Positions 10,150-19,876 of a stretch of 20,000 nt of DNA are shown here, piece after piece. The notes below the pieces were generated by a model, which saw only the letters and a list, made by a program, of their open reading frames with translations, ran no database searches and had not been told where the DNA came from. The translations under genes and the position numbers were made by a program. How positions within the stretch are numbered: the first letter of the stretch is position 1; every line of letters begins with the position of its first letter. The DNA is taken from positions 741,021 through 761,020 of the forward strand of contig NW_008246071.1 in assembly GCF_000281045.1 (NCBI RefSeq), given 5' to 3'. This DNA is from Saprolegnia diclina VS20. Taxonomy: Eukaryota.

Positions 10150-11566
10150 ATGGACGACCAGCGCGACCTCCTCCTCGACGTAGCAATCAACGAGCCGGCC
10201 GCACCGCTGCATATCGCTGTCTCGCGGACGTACGCGGAGAAGTACACCAACGTCGTGAGCAGCCCGACATCGGTCGCCGACGAACTGCCGGGCATCGTCT
10301 GCCTCGGCTGCTACACGCATGGCACCAAGGCGATGCGTGACCTCTGCGTGCGCCAAGCGTTCTTGACGCAAGATTTATTGGCGTACCACCATTTGCACGC
10401 GGGCAGCGACAGCAATGACTTTGCGGTGCAGCTCGTCATGACCAACGTCGTGCCATGGACACACGTCGACGCGTACAAGGCGCTCGTCGAGCAGAGCGTG
10501 GTCGAGGTCGAAGGCGTCTTTGGCGGCCAAGCGCGCACGTACGCCGACGCTGGCGTCGCGGAGCGCAAGGCCGATTTCTTCTGCGGTATCGTCTGCCACT
10601 TTCCGTCACTGCAAGCATGCATCTCGTGGATGTGCTGCGCCAACAACGCCGAGCTCAAGCTCGGTTGTCCGACGCTAACGCTGCAAAAGGCAACGTTTAC
10701 GCTAATTCCGGTCCCAAACGACGTGCCGCACCTCGACTCGTCGGCGTTCGACCCGATCCACGGCAGCGCAAGCCCGACGTCCAGCGACGAAGTGTGCTCG
10801 ATTTCGTACGAAGAGTGCCTCGAGTTTGCACTCCTCGACATGGAAGACTCGGAGACCGAGCCCGAGTCGCACTGCAGCCTCTACAGCTACGCTGGCATCG
10901 AGTACCACGACAGCGGGGTGCCGGAGACCAACACGGCGGTCGCATTGCCGTCGATTACGATGGCGACGTTTGTCGACGGCCATGGCATCCCGCTCGCGTT
11001 CAAGTCGCTCTACTACCGCAACAACAAGAAGGGCGGGATCCGCAACATGCGGTAGGCCACTACGCGCTTGGTCATCGATACGATTCGCTTCTAGGTGTTT
11101 TCCGCAGTGCAAGCGGGGGGCCCACACGACGACGAGCTTTTGCGGCGACCTCCTTCGGCTCCAAGTCCACTTTAGCACCGAAGCGCGGCCCCGTATATTG
11201 GGCTTTGCCCGCTTTCGGAGTGCGATGGACCACGCACCGCCGCTCCGCGCCGGCATGGACTTGGACGCACGCATGATCACCGACCACCTCCGCTCCAAAG
11301 AGTCGCCGAAGGAGATGTGGATGCAGACCAAACCCGTCGAGTTTGTGTCGCCGACGCACGTCATTTACGAGATCCGTCCGTCCGAGCGCACGCTGTCGTG
11401 GCACTATGGCTTCCACGGCCCGACGCCGCAGCTGCAGAAGAACCATACGCATTTTCTCGAAATCGGCTTCTTTATCGAGGCAAGCGACGGCCGACTGCGC
11501 TGCATTGGCGCCGCGCAGACGCCGCAGTTCCGCGTCGCGTCGAGCCGCACGTGGGTCAAGGAATAG
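10150..11566 (+). CDS. Uncharacterised two-domain protein (DUF1330-like N-terminal region; Cys/His-containing beta-rich C-terminal domain)
   Basis: Strong GC3 codon bias begins at the ATG at 10150. Intron 11052-11094 (43 nt) joins the ORFs into YYRNNKKGGIRNMRCFPQCKRGAHTTTSFCG...FRVASSRTWVKE*. Confidence 0.8.
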
Positions 11567-11625
11567 CGTTTTGTTTGTCATTTTGAGCGTTGAAAAGAGC
11601 TTTCTGTGTGTGTATGTGGAGAATC

Positions 11626-13729
11626 CTATGCGGCGTCCACCGCCGCGTCCTCGCCCATGGCGTCGTCCAGCTTCGTGGTCTCGTCGTCCAGCTTCGTGGT
11701 CTCGTCGTCCGCGACGGGCGACGGCAGCGGCGACGCTTCAATCTCCACTGGCGTCTCTGCCGGCTTGCCCAAGACGCTCTTGACAATGGCCGAGACGCCG
11801 TCGACAGCCTTGTTCAAGTGTACGATCTGCGTCCGCATGCAGCTGCGCATGGTCTTCCAGCAAATCATCTACCACCGGCGTTGGCTTCCACTGCGTCCTG
11901 GAGGTCGTACGCACCTTGTCGTTGTCGGGCCAGTACGCGCGCTCGATGCCATTTTCGGGGTCCCACGCCATCTCAAACTGGTCCGTAAACTCCTTCAGAG
12001 GTTTGACCGTTGCTACAACGCAAGGTTGAACAGAGTCAGAACGAACCAAGCATCTACCGCGGTTTGCTCCGAGGATACTCTGCAGCAGATCGTCCTCCTT
12101 GAAGATCCCTTCCGCGATCGTCGGTGCACGGCTCACCTTCGGCCGCTTTGGTGGCGGCACGTCGCCGTCGGTCGCATCCGCAGGGTCAGGACGCCGCTCA
12201 AACTTGGGGCACTTTTCAAGCTTCCACGCGACATAGTTGCGCTCGCGCTCGAGCACCTCGGTGAGCATCGCGCTGTACTGCTGGCCGTTGACGTTCTTCT
12301 CCAAGAGGCGAAAGACACGGTCAAAGCAGTCTTCGAGCGACGTCTACATCGCAGATGCAACCCCTGTCTTTGCAGAAAGCACGTACCTTGCTGGCGGCGG
12401 CGGGGACTTTGGACCGTTCGAGATGACCAAAGAGGATCAGCAGCTACGATCCCTCGTTAGCATCGCGCGACGCAGCACACATCGTCGGACCTGTGTGAGC
12501 ATGCACTCGCGGAGGACGGGATCGCGCAGCTGCAAGTGAAAGAGGCGGCTGTTGGTCAAGTACTTGGTCTGGAAAAAGTGATCCTTCTGGTCGTCTTCGG
12601 ACTGCGACTGGAGCTCCCGCGCACGGTCAATGTCGTCGTCCGAGAACGGGTTGGACTCGAACGCCGAGAGCACATCATCGAGCTGTTGAAACTACGGCAA
12701 GAGGCGGCCATGAGATCGAAGTCGCACGGCCATTCGTAGCGTACGAGCGTCGTCCACTCGGCATCGCTGTCGGCCACGATGGTTGGGTTGCTCAGGAAGC
12801 GCTGCATATCCCAAAAGACCTTGTACAGCGCATAACTCGTTTTGGTTGCTTCTTCCAACGGCGCCTACAGCACCAAGATTAACTTCTTTGGTCAAATAGC
12901 TTCACTAACCTGTTCCATGGACGCTTGGAACTCAGCTTCGGTTTGGTACTTGGTGACGTTGCTCGTGTTGAACTAGCCCACGCGTTGTGAGGGTACGACG
13001 TAGAAGGTACAAGGCGAAGTACGCGGCCGAGGAGGTTGACGCCCGAACGCTCCGAGAGCGAGAAGGTGTAGGCGAGGAACATGAGAATGCGCCCACAGAA
13101 GACCGTGTTGTGCGTCTTGGAGAGTCGTCGGAGGAGCGCATTGCACATGCGCAGCAAGCAGAGCGACGCCTTGCTGTTCTTGCCTGCTTGGATAAAGTCG
13201 GTCTATTTGCACGCAACCGCCATGACGACTCTCTGAAGAGGATGCAGCATGGACGTACGGTCGTGAGGCGGCTGCGCCGGCTCTCGAGGAGACCCCAGAG
13301 CTGCTCGCAGACAACAATGGTCTGGCAGTCCATGAGGTCTTCGAGGATCTTGTAGGGCGCGTTGAGCATGAGGTAACCGCGCGTGGCGCCGTCCGTGCAG
13401 AGATCGAGCAGCGCCGGGATCCCGACCGACTCGAGCGTCGCGTCGCGCTTGCGGTGGAGGTCCCACGCCATCTTCTCGGCCACGCGCTGGATTGCCAGTT
13501 CGAGGATCGTGTGCACCTTCTCTTCGAGCTCGTCCGTGGCGATGTGGTCGTCGGCCGCTTCGCTCGTCACGCGCTTAGCGAGCTCATTGAGGCGCGCGGT
13601 CGCATCGCTCTTGCGGAAGAAGTAGGCGATCTCGCCCTACATGCATCGAGTCATCCAGCCTCATCCATCATGGCCATGGCAGGCGTCTACCTGCGCGAAG
13701 GTCGCAAGCTCGCAGGCCGTCCGTCGCAT
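11626..13729 (-). CDS. THOC1: THO complex subunit 1 (THOC1/Hpr1), multi-exon
   Basis: Signature [42 protein letters not shown], plus [25 protein letters not shown] and [12 protein letters not shown]. The ATG at 13729 ([13 protein letters not shown]) is followed by a GT-AG intron. Confidence 0.93.
11661..11710. repeat. 21-bp coding tandem repeat (~2.4 copies; DDETTKL) in the THOC1 C-terminus
   Basis: cgtcgtccagcttcgtggtct at 11661-11681 and 11682-11702, then a partial copy. Confidence 0.9.
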
Positions 13730-13924
13730 GTTGTCGCTTCGAAGTTGCAAGAAAGCAGTGGCAAAGAAATGACGCATCGGATTGGCCAAAACCCATTTAA
13801 TTTCCATTCAATAGTGTATTCGATTGGTCCCATCCGATTCTATAGCGAGATTTTTCAACCAATCCTGGCCTCGAACGCTTGCACAAGCCTCCATATACCG
13901 CGAGCATTTCAAACGCTGGTGACG
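13730..13924. promoter_or_regulatory. 195-bp bidirectional promoter between THOC1 and SPC25
   Basis: Head-to-head ATGs at 13729 and 13925. The spacer is AT-richer, with ATTGG at 13781 and 13823, CCAAT at 13859, and CATTT Inr-like motifs near each start. Confidence 0.7.
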
Positions 13925-14732
13925 ATGAACCACCTCGATCTTCCACTCGACCAGCACCTCGAAGGCGTCGACCGCGCGCTGGCGACGTGGACCGAGACCG
14001 AGAAGAGCCGCATCGAGGACGCCCAGCGCGCCTGCGTGAGCGAGGTCGCCAAGGACGAGCAGGAACTGCGCCAGCTGCAAGAGCGCCAAGCATCGCTCCA
14101 AGCCAACGCCAAGACTGCGGAAGCGAGCCGCGAACAGCAGAAGCGGTCGATCCATGGTCGAGAAAACGAGCTTCGAGGGCTGCAGGCGCAAGTGCTCAAG
14201 GTTGAGCCCGTGCTTGCAGGTCTCAAGTCGCGCGAAGCGCTGCATCGCGGCAACGTGGCTATGGTGAACGAAGGTACGTAGTCCTTGCATCGATCGATCG
14301 ACGGGGAACGCTTGCATAGAGAGTGCGCGCATGACGCAGGCCCATCAAACGGTGGTGGACGAGCTCATGAAGGGCATCCACATGTACCAGAAGCTGGGTC
14401 TCGTCATTGACCGCAAAGGAGGTCGCTGGCTTCATTCCGTCGTACGTTCCTCATGCAATGTTGGATAGAGAGCAACCTCGGCTTTGTCTTTACGCAAATT
14501 GACCCGCAGAACCCCGCGCGCGAGTTTTCGTTTGCGTTGCGCATGCACGAGCGCCAGGATGTCTTTGCCGGTAGCCGACGCGTCCTTCGTCACACCTCAT
14601 ATCCCCTGTCTAGTCGAACACTGCGTTCCGGACGTGGCCGACGCCCCCATCCTGCTCGACCAGCTCAACCAAACCGGCAACATGTCGGCCTTTGTCCGGG
14701 CCATGCGGCAGCGCTACAAGAGCTTGGTCTAA
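13925..14732 (+). CDS. SPC25: Kinetochore NDC80-complex subunit Spc25, 4 exons
   Basis: N-terminal coiled coil, then YQKLGL, FVFTQIDPQNPAREFSFAL and C.P....LLDQLNQTGNMSAFVRAMRQRY, the Spc25 RWD signature. Confidence 0.9.
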
Positions 14733-14766
14733 TACATACGTTGCATTGTTTCGATTGCCGAATAAA

Positions 14767-15279
14767 TTAGATGCGTCGTCGCTGGGCTGGCGGCGGCTTT
14801 GTCTCGGGCTCGCGGACGCGCTTACCCGTCGACGGTATGGCTGGCCCAATGGCCGCCTCAACTGGGCGTGGCGCCAGCGTCCGCTCGTAGCGCTGCTGGA
14901 GCAGCGCCCGACGCTCGTCGAGCTTGGTCCGCGTTTCGGTCGGTGTCTCGTCGTCGGGCGCGTAGGCGATCTGGAGGATGCCGCCATAGAAGGGCTCACG
15001 CACGCCCAAATTCTTGGCTCGGCGCGCTTGGTCGGTCGTCGCGTAGCGCAGCCAGACAACGTCGAGGAACTCGGTCGCATCGTCGTGGTCGTCGAGCATC
15101 CGGTGCTCTTCAATGGTCCCGTACTTGCCGAAACGTGCGATGAGCTCGTCGCTCGCGCCAAGCGCTGGGACGTTGCGCAGAATGAGGTACTTGGATTCGT
15201 CGCTGACGGTGTACGCCCTTGGACGCACCTCCTTCCCGAAGCGCGGGTTGGGCTGCCGGTACCGCGGAATCGCCGCCAT
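14767..15279 (-). CDS. RBM48: RNA-binding protein 48 (RRM; minor-spliceosome factor), single exon
   Basis: AYTVSDESKYLILRNVPALG...FGKYGTIEE...ARRAK...FYGGILQIAYAPDDETPTETRTKL matches the RBM48 RRM pattern. Confidence 0.88.
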   Translation of the reverse strand: MAAIPRYRQPNPRFGKEVRPRAYTVSDESKYLILRNVPALGASDELIARFGKYGTIEEHRMLDDHDDATEFLDVVWLRYATTDQARRAKNLGVREPFYGGILQIAYAPDDETPTETRTKLDERRALLQQRYERTLAPRPVEAAIGPAIPSTGKRVREPETKPPPAQRRRI

Positions 15280-15283
15280 GCCA

Positions 15284-15300
15284 AAATAATAATAATAATA
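15284..15300. repeat. Short (AAT)n microsatellite just upstream of the RBM48 ATG
   Basis: aaataataataataata directly adjoins the start region. Confidence 0.7.
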
Positions 15301-15302
15301 TA

Positions 15303-15337
15303 TACGCTATTTCACTGTTAGCAGGTGAAATAGTGTA
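15303..15337. other. 13-bp-stem inverted repeat (hairpin) upstream of RBM48
   Basis: tacgctatttcac-(tgttagcag)-gtgaaatagtgta: 12 of 13 positions are Watson-Crick complementary, with one G-T pair. Confidence 0.75.
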
Positions 15338-15578
15338 AGACGTGAGTGCTCCTTGCTCGCACGGACGGTCTTTGACATCGCGGTGACATTTGCCGCCACC
15401 ATACACCAGTCTCTTAATGGCATGTACCGCCAGCGCTGTAGCCCTGCCGTACCCATCTCGGTCCATCCCGTAGGTAGGAAGCTGTCGGCCTCGATGTGAT
15501 GTAGGGTTCGGTGTCATGGTGTTTCACGAAGGAAAAGACTAGACACGCGTTTATAATACGTTTAGATAAAAAAGGAGC

Positions 15579-16514
15579 TCAGAGAAACGAAGCATGGGCG
15601 TCCGACAACAGAGTCGACCGCCGATACTGCGGCTCCGGGCGTCGCATCTCGCAATCGAGCATCGATCGCCGGATGGCTTCGAGGATCAAGAGCTCTTCCA
15701 TGCGCGCCAGCGAGGCAGCGTCATTTCGACTCGGCGTTGGCGCTCGCCGCACGACGGCCACGTGCTGCCCAAGATCCGACTCGCGGATTTGCGCGGCCAC
15801 CTCGGCTTGAAGACGCTGCCGGTCTTCTACCGATGCAAAGTGGACTTCGACCTCGTTCGTTGCCGACGCCTCCGAGCTGCTTATGTCGGTGCAGTCCGAG
15901 TCGCCGTGCTGCCATTTGGCTCCCTATCCGTCATTTGTCGTTCGCTGTGTCGAGACGTCGTCGATTGTACCTGCAATCGACCGGATGCACCAATGGCGAA
16001 GTGCGTCTTGAAGTTGTCGTCGTTGCAAAACGGGCAGCTACGCGTCGAGTGAGCGTCGCCAATCGTTTTGTCATCAGCGGTCGTACCTCACCACCTTGTT
16101 GGGCGGCTTGGTCTGCAGGACGCACTCTACGTGGTCGTGAGCCACCCGGTTTCCATCCTTGCCGAATGTACCCGAGCATATCGCTTGCTTGCAGCATGTG
16201 CTTTGGTTCAACGTGCTCGGGTAGTGCTACGCATCATGAGGCCAAGGCGTCGCGAAAGCAACTGTACGAGGAAGCAAATGGGACACTCGTACGAGCCGGA
16301 TTGGTGCGCGTCGCTGCCCGGGTACCGTGGCGCCAGCTTGCGCTCGAGGATCATCTTGCGCACGACCTTGTGGTCCCATGGGCACGACTTGTAGAGGCTA
16401 GCCATAGGCCATCATTGCATCAAGAGCGAAGGAAGCTGCGGCCACGTACCCCGTCGGCCGCGTGTAGCGTTCGAGCTCCTTGCTCTGGCGGGTCTTGCCG
16501 GCGCTGTTGCCCAT
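15579..16514 (-). CDS. SIP5 / DA2 / GW2-type RING zinc-finger protein (putative E3 ubiquitin ligase), multi-exon
   Basis: Spliced MGNSAGK...ERYTRPTGLY...RKMILERKLAPRYPG...ECPICFLHYPSTLNQSTCCKQAICSEC...CPFC, and a C-terminal UIM-like MEELLILEAIRRSM. This is the same layout as plant DA2/GW2 and fungal Sip5. Confidence 0.88.
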
Positions 16515-16543
16515 GGGTCTTCTCTCGCTCCGTCGGTCAAACG

Positions 16544-16556
16544 AATTCTGAGTGAA
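16544..16556 (-). promoter_or_regulatory. Inr/FPR-like core promoter of the RING gene
   Basis: Minus-strand TTCACTCAGAATT lies ~30 nt upstream of the ATG at 16514. CCAAT/ATTGG motifs occur near 16621 and 16647. Confidence 0.55.
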
Positions 16557-17178
16557 GAAGTCGGCAAGATACCGGGTTTAAACGTCCTGTCTGGGTGGAT
16601 TCTATATTTCCAAATTGTAGCCAATCACAGCACGTCGCAGCGCGTGATTGGTCCATTTGGCTCTGCGCGATCCGCACGCGAAGACGAAGAGGACGACTTG
16701 ACGTACTGTACGAAGCGACACCGCGTCCGTCGACGCACGAGCAGATCGTAGCTGCAATTGTCGTTCGATCGCGTTATAACTTGCATCCTAACACTCGAAT
16801 GAGGGCGGCGTGCGCGCAATTCCCCGCACATTTCTCACCATGGTACTCCTTGAACCCGCAGTCGAAAGCTACCAGTACCACGACAATGCGATCTTGCCCG
16901 TGGTGTTCTCCATATGCCAAGGACACGAAGCTCAGAGTACAATACTAGTAGCAAGCGGTCCCTTAGCGAGTGTACTCTTGACAAAGTCGGCGCGATATAT
17001 ATATCTGACGATCTGTCTCCTCCTGCACGCCCAGTGCTTGGGGTGTTTGCCGTTCTTTCTCATTGCCGTTCATCGCATTCTTCCACGTGTTGCAGCCTTT
17101 CTAGATGGTCCAATCCGGCGCCAGTTCTATTTTTCCAGCCAATCACAATGTTGACTGGTGGATTCTTCGTCTTAGATC

Positions 17179-19141
17179 TTAGTGCGACCGACCAACTTGA
17201 ATTTCCAAGTCGCTGTACTCGACGTATGGAAGGTCTTTGGACCGCCAGAGACGGTCTTCAGAGGTCCACGGCTCACGCCCCGCAATCTTGTCGCCGATGC
17301 GGTGCTGCACCAAGTAGTCGCTCACGTGCTTGCCAACCATCGACGCGCAAGCTTCATTCTGGACGAGCGACTTGCGGACGCGAAACGACGTTGCACGCTC
17401 GAGCTCACAGGTCAAGACGCCCATGTCCTCGACAACGATCGCGGTTTTGGACCACCTAGAAAAGCGTAAGATTGCATCGTCCATTTTCGCAGAGTACTTT
17501 GCGCCGAGATGCTTCATGAGCATTTCGGTTTGGTTGGGGCGACACACGGCGATGCAGCCAAAGCCCTCGTCGCGGAGGGCCGTGTGGCTCAGCTTGACGA
17601 TCGTGTTCACGCCGCAAACGTACAAGACGCGAAATTTGTAGGCTGGAAATTGGGCTTCGCAGATCTAGAAAGCAACTCACATTTACATTCCACACGTGGC
17701 GACCGTCATACAACCTCGCGCACGTGCGTAAGAGTGCTGAGGTAGTCGAGCACGCGACGCCGTGTAATCTACGCTCGTATTGAAAACTGACAAAAAGACA
17801 GAGAAAACACAACCTCCCACTTGTCGACTTCGATCCACGATGACGTGGCAGTCGCAGCTTCAAGCATTCCCAACCGGTGGGACTTCGGAATCATTTCGCG
17901 CGGTTTGCGGCGGTTCTTGGTGCGCACTGCAATATGGTCATTTGATGTATCGACAATAATGTCGTTCCTACCGTACGTATCGTGGCACGGGGAAATGATG
18001 GCGCCCACAACCGGAAACTTGTAGTTGCTCTCAATGTGCTAAGTGTCGGATGAGCAAACGTAAACAAGCGGCCTGTACTTGGCGGGCGACGTAAAATGCG
18101 CGCAAGTGGAGCATGTGCACGGGGTTGTACGCGCCGCTGGAGACGAGGACGACAACTTCTTGGTCCTTTGCAGTTCCCGCGAGTGCCTGCGCGATCTTGG
18201 CTAGTGGGTACGGCACCTCGGACGCGTTGAACGACGGCGGCGCCGCCATCATAAACTACTCGGCCGAGATGAGCTCGAAGCCAGTACGATTGTGTACCTT
18301 GGATGGTGAGCCCGTTTGGAGCAAATGCAGAATGCGCGCTTCGACCACCACCGGGTCCAGCTCGTGCTCAAGCTCTTGAAGGACTTGGATCACATCGCCA
18401 AACTAGTCGAGGCACGTGAGAATCGAGCGTATGCGCGTCCTGCACGTACTTCGGCATCGACCATTTTCTTTAATCGAAAGATCTAGGTACCCATACGCTC
18501 GTAGTTCGACGAGTTGACTGGGCTGCCATACCTGCTCATCTTTGAGTAAAATACGCTTGGTGATTGCTTGGATCGTCGCGTAGAGCTGCGCGCGATGCGA
18601 CGTCACAACGGTCATGGTGCCGTCTTGGTCTGTCATAAATTTGGTCGTAATCGTGTCGGGCGCCCGAAAATCCGCAAAAATGTGGTGGGCAGGGTCGACG
18701 CTCGTTGCAATAGAATCGGGTGGTGCCGCCTCGGGCTTGGTCTCAGCCGGGAAGAGTGGGAAGAGCGCCGGTGCTGTCGTCGTGCGCGATATAATCGCTG
18801 TCATTTTCGGCGGCAGGTCCGTGGTCGACTGGCACGCATGGAGCATGGGCTGCACCTACCAAACCCACTAAGTTAACTCCGCTGTCCAACGTATAATTCT
18901 AGCGCACCGTGAGAGGGTTGAGCTGTGGAAGACTTTTCGTGGGCTCGACCTGCTGGCTCGAGAGGAGCTCTTCGAGGGCGGAAACGCGCTGGCGAAGCCC
19001 CGCGAGCTCGGCCAATTGACGCTGGACAGTCCGCGGCGACAGCGCACTGGCGTCCGAGACGAGCGGCGCCTCAAAAGACTCGAGCAAGTGCGGTCGCCGC
19101 GAGTACGTGGACTCGTGCTTGAGAACGAGGTGCCGCTTCAT
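17179..19141 (-). CDS. Divergent nicotinamide/nicotinate mononucleotide adenylyltransferase (NMNAT)-like protein with a long N-terminal extension, multi-exon
   Basis: SGAYNPVHMLH (HxxH), ISPCHDTY, HRLGMLEAAT..SSWIEVDKWE, YVCG and GCIAVCRP follow the eukaryotic NMNAT order. Upstream exons from the ATG at 19141 splice in frame via GT-AG introns. Confidence 0.8.
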
Positions 19142-19251
19142 GCGGCCGGCACCGCCACGGGCCGGCAAACAAAAATAAATGGCAGCGTTTCATGCTCCAT
19201 GCAACGTCATCGCTCGATCGACCGTTGACGCCGACTTTGTGGCCACTTGGG

Positions 19252-19416
19252 CGATCGAATCTCCGCAGCTTGGCGCGTTTGCTGTCTAAGCTGGAATCTG
19301 TTGTTCATGCAAGCACGTGCACGTTTTGGGGATATACCCAAGTACGATCAGCATCGTCTGTAGCCATCAGCGGTCTTCTGCGCGGCAAGGCAGAGGGGCT
19401 GAGGCGATCGAGGGTC
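19252..19416. repeat. 165-bp direct repeat, copy 1 (ends at the assembly gap)
   Basis: Matches 19614-19778 with 5 substitutions by manual comparison. Confidence 0.92.
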
Positions 19417-19516
19417 NNNNNNNNNNNNNNNNNNNNNNNNNNNNNNNNNNNNNNNNNNNNNNNNNNNNNNNNNNNNNNNNNNNNNNNNNNNNNNNNNNNN
19501 NNNNNNNNNNNNNNNN
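19417..19516. other. Assembly gap (100 N, probably a placeholder of unknown size)
   Basis: Run of N bases. Confidence 0.99.
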
Positions 19517-19540
19517 AGCGAGGATGGTCGAGAACTTCAT
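19517..19540 (-). CDS. 5' start of a probable secreted protein (MKFSTILA...), remainder lost in the gap
   Basis: ACAACACC-ATGAAGTTCTCGACCATCCTCGCT has a good start context and a signal-peptide-like start, preceded by Inr/FPR-like TTCACTTTCCGATTT at 19566-19580. Confidence 0.6.
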
Positions 19541-19613
19541 GGTGTTGTCGTAGTGGAGGCGATGGAAATCGGAAAGTGAACTCAGCCCTTCGACTTGGCG
19601 ATCTTGCTTGTGT

Positions 19614-19778
19614 CGATCGAATCTCCGCAGCTTGGCGCGTTTGCTGTCTAAGCTGGAATCTGTTGTTCATGCAAGCACGTGCACGTTTCGGGGTTATACC
19701 TAAGTACGATCAGCATCGCCTGTAGCCATCAGCGGTCTTCTGCGCCGCAAGGCAGAGGGGCTGAGGCGATCGAGGGTC
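19614..19778. repeat. 165-bp direct repeat, copy 2
   Basis: Matches 19252-19416 at about 97% identity. Confidence 0.92.
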
Positions 19779-19844
19779 CAGCACACTTCGAAGCATAGAG
19801 CCCGGTGAGTGAATGAAGAAGAAGGAAATTGCTAGTCTCTATGT

Positions 19845-19876
19845 ATGCGAAGTCCTTTTAATGCGAAGTCCTTGTA
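19845..19876. repeat. 16-bp tandem duplication
   Basis: atgcgaagtcctttta is followed by atgcgaagtccttgta. Confidence 0.85.

Noticed and set aside
12068..12080. Minus-strand GTATCCTC resembling a U12 5' splice site
   Set aside because: It lies within THOC1 coding sequence (QSIL), is an imperfect match, and has no U12 branch point downstream.
13454..13924. Upstream extension of the SPC25 ORF
   Set aside because: It overlaps the THOC1 5' exons and the CCAAT-containing promoter. The ATG at 13925 gives a normal-length Spc25.
15303..15337. Iron-responsive-element interpretation (CAGTGA is present on the minus strand)
   Set aside because: CAGTGA lies in the stem rather than an apical loop, and the C-bulge plus 5-bp geometry is not met.
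16595..17170. Several + strand ORFs between the RING and NMNAT-like genes
   Set aside because: They have no codon bias or recognisable motifs. The region carries CCAAT boxes and looks like promoter or UTR sequence.
19192..19725. ORFs spanning the N run
   Set aside because: They are artefacts of translating through the gap.
19252..19876. Repeats read as a CRISPR array or LTR element
   Set aside because: The context is eukaryotic, there is no repeat-spacer periodicity, and no TG...CA ends, PBS or transposon coding sequence are visible.
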